Origin: a virus
Lineage: Duplodnaviria; Caudoviricetes
DNA: 29,110 nt
IMG/VR virus record: IMGVR_UViG_3300020151_000786
Location: 1-29,110 of that record
Direction: 5' to 3' (one strand)
Part shown: positions 1 to 10,900 of the stretch, in pieces
Numbering within the stretch: the stretch's first letter is position 1
How the letters are laid out: the number at the start of each line of letters is the position of its first letter
Translations under genes and position numbers: made by a program
Notes under the pieces: model-generated
Told to the model about the DNA's origin: nothing
Databases searched by the model: none
What the model saw: the letters and a program-made list of their open reading frames with translations, nothing else

Positions 1-1
1 A

Positions 2-3000
2 ACATTTAATATTGGTGCTAATACTGGAACTTTAACTATTGGTAATCCAACGGTAGTTGGTACTCAAGCAACCCAAAATCTTTATAATACCGTAGCAACA
101 AGAGTAAACGTATTTGGTGCTAGTACTGATTTACTAATTGGTGCCGCAACTGGAATTGCAACTGTAAGAAATACTACATTCTCACTACCTAACGCAACTT
201 CTTTTGCAATTAATGGGGCAAATCCCACTATTTCAGGAACAAGCACTGGAACACTAACATTATTCAATACCGCATTAACATCAGTAAATGCTTTTGGTGC
301 AGCAACAGCAATTGTTTTAGGTGCAACAACAGGTGTTACTACAGTAAGAAACACTACAGTATCATTCCCCAATGCAACTACTTTTAGTATTAATGGTGCT
401 AATCCAACTATATCTGGATCAAGTACAGGTACATTATCTTTATTCAATACCAATTTAACTAATATCAATGCATTTGGAGCGGGTACTGCAATTGTTTTGG
501 GTGCCGCAACTGGCATTACTACTGTAAAAAATAATTTAGAGTCATTATCTCTAACAACAGTTAACTTAGATGTAATTGGTATAGCAACATTTTCTACAGA
601 TATTAATCAATCTTCTGGAACAACAAACTTAAATCAACTAATAGTTGCTGGAGTTTCTACATTTTCTAACATCTCACAATTTCTTGGATTTACAGAATTT
701 GTAGATACAAATACTTCTGGAACTGCAGATGTAGAAAATTTAAATGTTATTGGTGTAACCACTATCGGTGGAAACTTAAATATAAAGGGAAATTTAGATG
801 TAAATGGTACTGTAACAACAATAAACTCGACAACATTACAAATTGATGATGTTAATATTGAGTTAGGTTCTGTTTCTGGTCAAATTAATTTAGAAGCAAC
901 TTTATCATCTGGGGAGTATCTTGTAACTTTAGATCCAAATTTATTCACAACTACTGGTATAATACCAGGTCAACAGATAACTCAAGTTAGTGGAATTGGA
1001 AGTTTCACAACAAATACAAGAGTAAGTCAGATAATTTCTAACACAGAATTTACTGTTGTAGATCCACATGTTTTATCTGGTGCAGTTGTATTTGATGTTG
1101 GTGGAGCAACAGATTTTACTGCAGATGGTGGTGGGATTATTCTTTATGGAACTACAAACAAAAGAATATTTTATAATAGAGGATCTAATAGTTGGTCATT
1201 AACTGAGAATCTTTCATTAGACAATGGAAAGTCTATATCAATTAATAACAATACCATATTAACAGACCAACAATTAAATATTCAAAATGCAAATATAGCT
1301 GGTATAGCAACTCTTCAAGAGGTAAATATAACTCAAGGTTTCATATTTACAGGAACTGTAGAAAATCTAATTGGAAGTAATATTTACTATACTGGTATAT
1401 CAAGTTTTAAGGAAACTTATACTTCAATTGGTATAGTTACTGACTTAAAAGCAGATTATTTTACATTAACTAATAATGAAACTTTAATTGTAACACAAAC
1501 GAACTCTATAATTGGTCCATCTACAAATAAAATTGCAATTGATACCACTGGTTTAGCACCAGAAATGGCAGTTTATTCTAGTGGATTTGAGTTACTACCA
1601 AATACAACTATTTCATCAATTGACGCACCTGGAATTATAACAATTACTCCAGATTCTATAAATGGACTGGAAACTTCCACATCAACAGTAACTGTTGTAG
1701 ATGATCCTCGTACTGGTGTTGCAAGTATTTCGAAATTAAAAGTAAATGTTGGTATTTTTACTAACTTTGATACTACTAATGCAAACATAACTGGTGTAAC
1801 AACTGCAGAAAGACTTTATGTAAATACTGATATTTACACTCCAGGTATTTCTTCATCCAATACTATTACTGCTAGAGTTGGACTAGTTACATTCTTAAGT
1901 GGAACTCATGTAGAGTATACTGGCGTAGGTACTATTAATACTTTAAGAACAAATATTGGATTTGTTACCCACTTAGTTGGTACAAATCTTTGGTATTCTG
2001 GTATTTCAACTCTGCCAATTTTAAACACTAATGTTGGTATAGTTACATATTTAACAGGATCTAATATTGTTTATAGTGGAATTGGTACTATTGATATTAT
2101 TAGATCTAATGTTGGATATGTTACTACATTTTACGGTAGAGATATAGAAGTTACTGGTGTAACAACTACACCCACAATAAGATCTAATATTGGATTTGTA
2201 ACTACAATATCTGGTACAAGAGCAACTTATCAAGACATTGATAATACAAATCTTTATAATACTGGTATTGCAAGTTTTACAAACTTAAAAACAAATATTG
2301 GTATTGTAACTAATTTAACGGGTACTAATTTAAATTACAGTGGAATTGGTACAATTCAAGAATTAAAATCTGATTATTTTTATAGTGGAGTTGGTACTAT
2401 CCCAACATTCAAATCATCCACTATTGAAGTTTCATCTATAGCAAATATTGATCAAGCAATTGTAAATCGAATTGGTGTAATCAATATTGATGTATCCAAC
2501 TTGAATGTGTCGGGTATTACCACAATTGCAAGTTTAGAAGTAACAAATGTTGCAATTACTTCGGCAACTGGTGATATTTTTAGTGCAGTATCTATTATAT
2601 CTGAAAATACAACGTCAGATAGAATATATTCTAGTGGAATAACTTCAACATCAAATTTCTTTGCAAATATTGGTTTTGTCACTAGCTTAAATGCAACAAA
2701 CTTTAATTCTGGTGTATCTACGATAGTTACACTTAACAATACTAATTTTTATAATACTGGCATTGGTACAATTGATACTTTAAATACCAATGTTGGTTTA
2801 GTAACTTTCTTATCTGGATCTAATATTGCTTATAGTGGTATTGGTACGATTGATACCTTGTATACCAATGTTGGTGTAGTAACGCAATTAACTGGTACTG
2901 ATATTGCCTACAGTGGTATTGGTACGATTGATACCTTATATACCAATGTCGGTTTTGTAACTTTCTTATCTGGAGATAATATCTCTTATAGTGGAATTAC

Positions 3001-4957
3001 AACTTTAGTTACTGTATATGCATCATCATTATCTATTGATAATATTACAAACACAGATACATTTGAAACTAATGTTGGTTTAGTAACTTTCTTATCTGGT
3101 ACTAATATTGCATACAGTGGCATTGGTACGATTGATACTTTATATACCAATGTTGGTGTTGTAACGCAGTTAACAGGTACAGATATCGTTTACAGTGGCA
3201 TTGGTACAATTGATACTTTATATACCAATGTTGGTGTTGTAACCAATTTAACTGGTACTGATATTGAATATACTGGAGTTGCAACAGTACCCACATTAGT
3301 AGTTAATACTGGATTTGTAACTACTATTTCTGGTACAAGAGCAACGTATCAAGACATTGATAATACGAATTCATATATTTCTGGTATTGCAAGTGTTAGT
3401 ACATTAAAATCTAATGTTGGATTTGTAACTTTCCTGTCTGGTAATAATATATCTTATACTGGATTTGCAACTGTTGGACTTGTTAGTGCAATTGACATTA
3501 ACGTTTCTGGATCATCCACTGTCAATACTTATTTCACTTCACCATACAATACACTATCATATATTAATAACGGTATTAATTTATCATTTAGTGGTATTGG
3601 TACTATTGATAGGTTAATTACGAATATTGGTTTTGTTACTCATATTTCTGGATCTAATATACAATATCTCGGAATATCGACATTCTCATCAATAAATGGC
3701 AGTAACTTACAATATAATGTTGGTTTAGTCACTTATCTATCTGGTAGTAATGTTTACTATTCAGGAATTGGTACAGCAAATACATTCTATTCCAATACTG
3801 GATTTGTAACTACTATTTCTGGTAATAGATTATCCTATAGTAATGTTGATTCCAGTAATCTATATGTAACTGGAATATCTACGATTAGCAATTTAACGAT
3901 TGCTGTTGGTGTAGTAACTTACCTATCAGGAACTAATCTACAATATACTGGAGTATCTACAGTTGGTTTCTTAAGTGCAACTAACGTTAATATTTCTGGA
4001 ATTACTACGATTAATACTCTATTAATTTCACCAAATAATAAATTAACACATTTAAGTGAAGGTTCTAACTTAGATTTTAATGGAATTGGTACTATTAGAA
4101 CTTTAAGAACAAACACTGGTTTTGTAACTTCTATTTCTGGTACAAATTTATTCTATTCTGGTGTTGGTACAATTACCACAATACAGAATGTAGATATTAA
4201 TAATACTGGAACTGCAAATCTAAACAAACTAAATGTTGCTGACGGAGCAGTAATTGTTGGAACTACAACTTGTAACCAAATTATTACTAATTCTATCCAA
4301 ACAGTATCATTAGATTTATCTGGATCTGGCCTTGTTTATACTGGTATTGCTACATTCTTTAAACTAGATATTGTCGAAAGTAGCAATATTCCATATTTAA
4401 CGAATAATAACATTATTTCTACTGGTATTGGTACTTTTAATTACTTAAATGCCATTAATATTAATGCACCAACAGGTGTTACTACTGTAGGAAAACTAAG
4501 AGTTGGGTATGGTGGATCAATATTTACTGCAGATGCCTCATCGGGCATTGGATCTGTCGGTATTAATACATCCTCTCCAAAGAATGCTTTACATGTATAT
4601 GGATCTTTACAAATTAATGACAATACTGTATATGGAACAGTTTCTGCGGCATTAACACAATCTTTATCAATTCCAGTCCATCAAGGTTTGTCTAGAGAAG
4701 TCTTCAGATCTGTTGAATATACTGTACAGGCATCCATTGGAAATACTCACCAAATTACCAAAATTTTATCTATCCATGATGGTGTTACTGCATACAATTC
4801 AGAATACTCAAATATTTCTACTGGAGTTGATGTTGCATCTTATGAGGTAGATATTGATAATTCAATTCCACCAGGATACATTAGACTTAATGTAACTCCA
4901 GTATCCAATGTTGGTGTTACAACTGTAGTAGTTAACTTCATAGCCCACAAGATATAA
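2..4957 (+). CDS. Giant Gly/Thr/Asn/Ser-rich virion fibre or structural protein, 5'-truncated by the window edge (at least 1651 aa in window)
   Basis: The frame of ORF 497..4957 is open back to base 2 (TFNIGANTGTLTIGNPTVVGTQATQNLYNT...), so the track's TTG at 497 is internal. Contains many GIGT/GIAT/NVG beta-strand repeats, a VGINTSSPKNALHVYG fibre motif and a C-terminal SVEYTVQAS...IHDGVTAYNSEYS domain of the kind I recall from cyanophage virion proteins. Confidence 0.85.
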   Translation, partial: TFNIGANTGTLTIGNPTVVGTQATQNLYNTVATRVNVFGASTDLLIGAATGIATVRNTTFSLPNATSFAINGANPTISGTSTGTLTLFNTALTSVNAFGAATAIVLGATTGVTTVRNTTVSFPNATTFSINGANPTISGSSTGTLSLFNTNLTNINAFGAGTAIVLGAATGITTVKNNLESLSLTTVNLDVIGIATFSTDINQSSGTTNLNQLIVAGVSTFSNISQFLGFTEFVDTNTSGTADVENLNVIGVTTIGGNLNIKGNLDVNGTVTTINSTTLQIDDVNIELGSVSGQINLEATLSSGEYLVTLDPNLFTTTGIIPGQQITQVSGIGSFTTNTRVSQIISNTEFTVVDPHVLSGAVVFDVGGATDFTADGGGIILYGTTNKRIFYNRGSNSWSLTENLSLDNGKSISINNNTILTDQQLNIQNANIAGIATLQEVNITQGFIFTGTVENLIGSNIYYTGISSFKETYTSIGIVTDLKADYFTLTNNETLIVTQTNSIIGPSTNKIAIDTTGLAPEMAVYSSGFELLPNTTISSIDAPGIITITPDSINGLETSTSTVTVVDDPRTGVASISKLKVNVGIFTNFDTTNANITGVTTAERLYVNTDIYTPGISSSNTITARVGLVTFLSGTHVEYTGVGTINTLRTNIGFVTHLVGTNLWYSGISTLPILNTNVGIVTYLTGSNIVYSGIGTIDIIRSNVGYVTTFYGRDIEVTGVTTTPTIRSNIGFVTTISGTRATYQDIDNTNLYNTGIASFTNLKTNIGIVTNLTGTNLNYSGIGTIQELKSDYFYSGVGTIPTFKSSTIEVSSIANIDQAIVNRIGVINIDVSNLNVSGITTIASLEVTNVAITSATGDIFSAVSIISENTTSDRIYSSGITSTSNFFANIGFVTSLNATNFNSGVSTIVTLNNTNFYNTGIGTIDTLNTNVGLVTFLSGSNIAYSGIGTIDTLYTNVGVVTQLTGTDIAYSGIGTIDTLYTNVGFVTFLSGDNISYSGITTLVTVYASSLSIDNITNTDTFETNVGLVTFLSGTNIAYSGIGTIDTLYTNVGVVTQLTGTDIVYSGIGTIDTLYTNVGVVTNLTGTDIEYTGVATVPTLVVNTGFVTTISGTRATYQDIDNTNSYISGIASVSTLKSNVGFVTFLSGNNISYTGFATVGLVSAIDINVSGSSTVNTYFTSPYNTLSYINNGINLSFSGIGTIDRLITNIGFVTHISGSNIQYLGISTFSSINGSNLQYNVGLVTYLSGSNVYYSGIGTANTFYSNTGFVTTISGNRLSYSNVDSSNLYVTGISTISNLTIAVGVVTYLSGTNLQYTGVSTVGFLSATNVNISGITTINTLLISPNNKLTHLSEGSNLDFNGIGTIRTLRTNTGFVTSISGTNLFYSGVGTITTIQNVDINNTGTANLNKLNVADGAVIVGTTTCNQIITNSIQTVSLDLSGSGLVYTGIATFFKLDIVESSNIPYLTNNNIISTGIGTFNYLNAININAPTGVTTVGKLRVGYGGSIFTADASSGIGSVGINTSSPKNALHVYGSLQINDNTVYGTVSAALTQSLSIPVHQGLSREVFRSVEYTVQASIGNTHQITKILSIHDGVTAYNSEYSNISTGVDVASYEVDIDNSIPPGYIRLNVTPVSNVGVTTVVVNFIAHKI
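140..540 (+). repeat. 180-bp (60-aa) tandem coding repeat
   Basis: GAATGIATVRN / GATTGVTTVRN / GAATGITTVKN begin at 140, 320 and 500. INGANPTISG.STGTL.LFNT recurs at the same period. Confidence 0.9.
2759..3290 (+). repeat. 78-bp (26-aa) tandem coding repeat GIGTIDTLYTNVG[VF]VT.L[ST]G.[DN]IAYS
   Basis: ggtattggtacgattgatacc at 2837 and 2915 (78 bp apart). A second near-identical block is offset by 282 bp (aatgttggtttagtaactttcttatctgg at 2789 and 3071). Degenerate copies extend from about 1870 to 4200. Confidence 0.9.
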
Positions 4958-4960
4958 ATA
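4953..4960 (+). promoter_or_regulatory. T4-type late promoter TATAAATA
   Basis: Exact consensus overlapping the upstream stop codon, 36 nt before the tail-fibre TTG; AAGGGG SD-like at 4981-4986. Confidence 0.8.
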
Positions 4961-4996
4961 AATTAAGATAAAATACCGCAAAGGGGATACTGAACC

Positions 4997-7900
4997 TTGG
5001 CTGATAAGAACTTTAGAGTAAAGCATGGTATCAATATTGATACCCAAAGATTAGTAGACGTAAATAAAAACATTGATGTTGGGGTTACTACTTCAGCACA
5101 TTTGAGAGTAACAGGAGTTACAACTGTAGGTATTATATCTGCAGTTACAAACAATGCTAGAATGGGCATTGTCACTTTCCAATCTATTGTTGCAATTGAA
5201 AGTGGTGCTCAAACAATTACTATTGCACCACCAAGTCAAAATGCTGGATTTGTTTCTTCATATACATTAACATTACCTTCAAAAGTAGGAACAGATGGTC
5301 AAGTTCTTGCTTTAGGTAAAAATGGTTTACTAGGTTTTACTACAGCAGGTCTTTACGAAAATCGTTTTTACGTATCTTCAGCAAACGGTGATGATACAAA
5401 TGATGGTAGATCAAAACCAGTAAGATCACTTAAAAAAGCAGCACAGTTAGCGTCATTCAGATCTTTCCAAATTCCTGGTGGAAGATTTTTAGATGCTGGT
5501 AATCTTTTAACTTCTAATAAAGAATTTATTCAAGAAGAAGTAGTTGCATATGTAGAATTTAATTATACTGGCATCACTTCAAGTACATCATATGATAGAA
5601 CTAAGTGTAAAAGAGATATTGGTTATATTGTAGATGCAATTTCATATGATATTTCATATGGTGGAAACTCAAAATCTATCGAAGCTGGCACTGCTTATTG
5701 GAATGCTGGGGCATCGTATATTGCAAATGAAACTGAGCAAACAATTTTTGCATATAATTATGTAAAATTCTTAGGACAATATGTAATTAACAATCAAACA
5801 CCACCAACATTATACCAAACATCAGTTGGTCAAGTTTTTGATTTTACCGTTATTCAAGATCCACTAAATGTTGGGCAAAATCGTTATAGGGATGCTAGAA
5901 ATTTAATTTTAGGTAACAAGCAAGAACTTATTGATAGATCTTTAGCATCAGTTGCAATAGGGTATCCAGATGGATTTTATTTTCCAGGAGATACAGAAAC
6001 TAATGTAAGATCTAGATATTATGATTCTTATGGATTAATTCAGAGAAATAAGCAAGAAATTGTAGACAAATCACTCGCATCTATTGCGATTGCATATCCA
6101 GATTTTTATTTTCCGGGAGACCCACAAACTACTAATAGATCTAGATATTACGACTCATATCGTCTAATCCAACAAAATAGACAAACTATCATTGATTATA
6201 CTTTTGCTGGAATTGCAACTGCATATCCAGCTTTTGTAAATCCCGATTCCAATAAGTGTAAAAGGGATATTGGATATTTTGTTGATGCTGTTTCAACTGA
6301 CGTATTTACTGGTGGTAATAATTATTCCAGAACATTTACAACTTTCTATTTTAATGGAGTTGGTATAGGTAGTCTTGCGGGAGAAGAGCAGCAGACCATC
6401 TATGCATTTAGATATGCTGGTCAGTTAATGAATCAAGCATTAACTAATCAACTTCCAGTTAAGGATTTGACATTGACTGTAGATCCTGTAACAGGATCTA
6501 ATACATCTTCAGCGTCATGTGCAAATGTACAATCTACAGTTAGTTCACTTGTAGGTATTGTAACTGCTGCTATTGGAGTAGGAACAACTTCAAGTTTACC
6601 AACAGAAAATTTAGGTTATTATAATCTTTCCGTAGGTATTGGATCTACAGTAACTGCTGGTGGAACTAAGTGTGCTAGAGACCTTGGATATTTTGTCGAT
6701 GCAATTTCTTTAGATACATTTACTGGTGGTAATAATTATTCTAGAAATTTTGTGTTCCAGTATGTAAATGCTGGTATTACAAATTCACTTTCGGGTGAAG
6801 AACCTCAGTCGATCTATGCATTTAGATCTGCTGGTGATTATATGAAAAAAGCAATCACCAATCAACTTAATAATCAGGTATTAAGCATTACTGCAGATCC
6901 TGTTACAGGTTTTAATACCTCCCCATCATCTTGCTCAAACGTCCAATCAACAATTAGCACTCTTGTTGGTATCGTTACAACAATTGTTGGTTCTGGAAGT
7001 ACTGCTGGCATTACTACAGCAAATCTTGGATATTTTGTCGTTAATTCTACTGATAATGTTGGTTCCAACGTTGGTGTTGGTTCTACTAATGTTAAAGGCG
7101 GACGTAAGTGTGCTAGAGATCTTGGATATATTATTGATGCAGTTGCACAAGATCTTAACTACGGAACAAATCAACACATCATTTATGCAACTAAAAAATA
7201 TTTTGACGGTGCGGGAGTTGCATTAACTACAGGATTATTTGGTGAAGAAGTTCAGTCAGTATTAGCGTTCAATACTCTTAGAGATTTTTCTAAAAAGGCG
7301 ATTAATAATCAGCTCTATTACAGAGATCTAACTATTTTAGCAGATCCAGTTACTGGAGTAAATACAGATCCATCTAATTGTGCTAATGTACAATCAGAAA
7401 TTGGTACTTTAGTTGGCATTTTAACTGGGGCAATTTTAACTGGAAGTCTTTCATCTATTCCAGCAGAAAATCTTGGTGTAGCAGATTGTGCAAATGTAAG
7501 AACAGCACTTGCATCAAATGTTGGCGTTATTACTTCTATTATTGGTATTGGTACAACTGCAAATATTATTTTAAGTTTACCATCAACAAGATCTAAACCA
7601 ATTGCGATTTTTGTAGAAGCTGGTGAATATGAAGAAGATAACCCAATTCTATTGTATGAAGATGTAGCAGTTGTTGGGGATAACTTAAGAAATACAATTA
7701 TTAGACCATCAAATGCTGGTGTTGATTTATTCCGTGTAAGGAATGGTTGCTATGTAACCAACTTTGCAATGAAAGATAATATTGATCAAGCAGGTGTCCC
7801 CAAATTTACATTTAATTATGCAATTGCTTTTGACGATCCCACAGATTCTTCTGTAAGTAGAGTTGGATATGCAGTTAAAACCGCACAACCAATTATTTCA

Positions 7901-10900
7901 AGATCTCCATATATCCAAAACTGTTCGATCTTGTCATTCTTGGGTGCTAATGGTATTTTAGTTGATGGTAGCAAAGTACAAGTACCCAATACAACCATTA
8001 TTCCAGAAGAATCAGAACTTCCTATAAGTGGTGCTCAACCAGAATTTGGTAAATCAATGGTTGCTGCAACATTTACCATGGTTTCCTTTGGTGGTATTGG
8101 GTGGAGAACAATCAATGATGGATATGCTCAGGTTGTGTCATGCTTCCAGATCTTCTGTAAGTATGGTTCATTAACGCAATCGGGTGGATACTTATCTATT
8201 ACAAACTCTGCTACAAACTTTGGTTTGTACGCTCTTAGATCTACTGGTTACAGTAGAAATTCTTTTGTCTTTGACCGTGGAAGAATTGTAGCAACTGGAA
8301 CAAATGGTGGTTATCAAACTCTTACTACAGTAGGTCTTGGTAGGAGTGAACAGAATCTTTATGTCATGAGATTTGTTAACCCAGCAGGTGCTGATGTAAC
8401 ATCATCATTCAAACCAATTGTAACTAGACAAGAATTTACTCCGAATGTAGGGGTTAATACTACTACTGATATTATCACAATTGTTGCTCACCCATTCCAA
8501 AATGGAGATACTGTAGTTTACGAAGGTGATGAAAATTCTTCTCCTGTTAGAGTTATTGATGGTCTTATAAGCAATAACCAATATTATATTGGTTATATTG
8601 ATAGTGATAATGTGCAATTATATGAAGACAGTACATTAACCCGTGCAGTTGATTTAAAATCTGCACCAACAGGTATTAACACAATATCTAAAGGTAATCA
8701 AGAATTTATCGTAAAAGAAATTCTTGATGGGCATAATGTATATCAGCAATTAACTTTAGATATTCCATCTGGTTCTCCACAATTTACTGCAGGTAGAGAA
8801 ATTACTCAGTCGGTTGCTGGAGGAACTGCAGTTGGATATGCCGTTACTTGTGTTGGTATTGGAACAACTCAAGCAAAATTACTCGTTTCAGTAGAATCTA
8901 GTGGATTATTAAGAAGAAACTTTGCCGTAACTGGTGTAGGGGGTGCCGGTCAAATTGTCGATCACGCAGCACCAATTCCAGTTGGTTGGGGAGTAACTGC
9001 TTCAGTTGGAATTTCAACTTACTGGACAATTTTATATACGGTAGATTCAACAATTCCAGGAAATACTGTTACTGGTATTGGAAGTTTACCAATTGTTTAT
9101 ACAGTAAACTTTAATAGACCATCCATTATTAATGCAAACTCTCATGCATGGGAGTATTCTGGATCTGGTATTGATTACAATGCTTTACCACAAAATGGTG
9201 GTAAGACAGTTCCTTCTTCAGAACAAGTTAATGAGCAAGGTGGTCGTGTATTTTCAACTGGTACTAATGAACTTGGAGACTTTAAAATTGGTTCGTTTAT
9301 TACAGCATATAACAGAACTGGTAATATTATCTTCAACAACAAAGTTACAATTGGACAATTAGATTCTTTAAGATTAAGTCTTTCTGGTGGTATTGTTATT
9401 GAAGAATTTTCCACAGATCCAACTCTTGGAGATAATGAGCAAGGTGGTGCAAAGAACCAGAGAGTTTCAACTCAGTTGGCAGTTAGATCGTTCTTAAACG
9501 ATCGTCTTGGAGACTTTATTGATAAAAACGTATCTGCAAACGCAGTCCCTAGTGCTATTGTTCAACTTAATAATAGTGGACAAATTAACCCAGACCTCAT
9601 TCCACCAAAAGCAGTAAGTTACTATAAAACCAATGTTGCTTTGGGAAGAACTGATTTTGTTAATAGAATTCCCGCAGTAAATCTTATTGCTGGTGACACA
9701 GTTGTTGAACCTTCTGCAGGATATATTCTTACTAATGATTTGAGAGGGCAATTCTTAGTTTTAAGCAGTTCGACTGCAAACTATAATTTCCCAATGGGTC
9801 AAAGAGTAAACAGCACAAATGCTCAAGGTGCTGCTACTGGTATTGTTACATTCCCAACTTCTGTTGGATATGGAACAACAGGTTTGGTAAAAGGTGTACT
9901 GCAAACAGTGACGATTTCTAATACTGGTTCTGGATATTTAACTGCAGGTATTTACACTGGTGTTACATTAGATACCACTACTGGTATTGGTACAAGTGCT
10001 GCTGCAACTATTACTGTTGGTGCGGCAGGATCTGTAACTAAGGTTGATGTTTATTTTGGTGGCAGAGGATTTGCTATTAATGATGCATTAACAGTTAGAA
10101 ATCCTACGGCAATTGGTGGTAGAAGTGGTGGGGCAGATTTCAGTGTAATTGTACAAACAGTACAAACAAGATTATATTTAACATTAGATGGAAGTCTCAA
10201 ATTTGCTGGATCGGCAACTATTCCAGATTATATTGCAGATGCAAGTTCAGTTGGTATAGGAACTAGTTTACAATCTGCATATATTCACACTTTCTTCCCA
10301 ACTGATATAAGCGTTGGTGGTGAAGTTGATTTTGCTAATGATAGAATTATTGTTGGACTAGGAACTACTATTGCTAACGGAGATCCATTATATTATCAAA
10401 CAGTTGGTAATGTAATAGGTGGTTTAGTAAATGCAGGTACTTATTTTGCTAAGAGAGTTGGTTTAAGTTCCATTGAACTTCACGTAAATTATGGTTTAAC
10501 TGAGAGACTTGATTTATCATCTAGTGGAACTAATCTACATTATCTTACAAGAGCAGGTGTAAGTACTGCTACCGATAGAGTAGTATTTTTAGATCATGGT
10601 TTCTCAACAGGAGATGCTGTACAAGTAACAGGAAAAACTCCTCTCGGAATTTCTACGAATGGTTTCTATTATCTTGGTGCGATAACACAAAACTCTTTTG
10701 CATTCTACGAATCGAGAGATCTTGCAGTTTTAGCAACTGGTGGTACATTATCAACACCAGTTGGAATTGTAAGTACCGAAAATGGTACAATGACTTTGAC
10801 TAGACAAAATGTTGCTTACAATTCTCAGGTCAATACATCATCAAATAATCCAGATAACTGGACTGTTCTTGCCCAAAATATTATTGATGCTTCTAATATT

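Noticed and set aside
497-499. TTG start proposed by the ORF track
   Set aside because: The frame is open from base 2 and the codon lies inside a 60-aa repeat; the real start is upstream of the window.
2759-3290. Regular 78-bp repeats as a possible CRISPR array
   Set aside because: In-frame coding repeats with third-position variation, no unique spacers and no cas genes.
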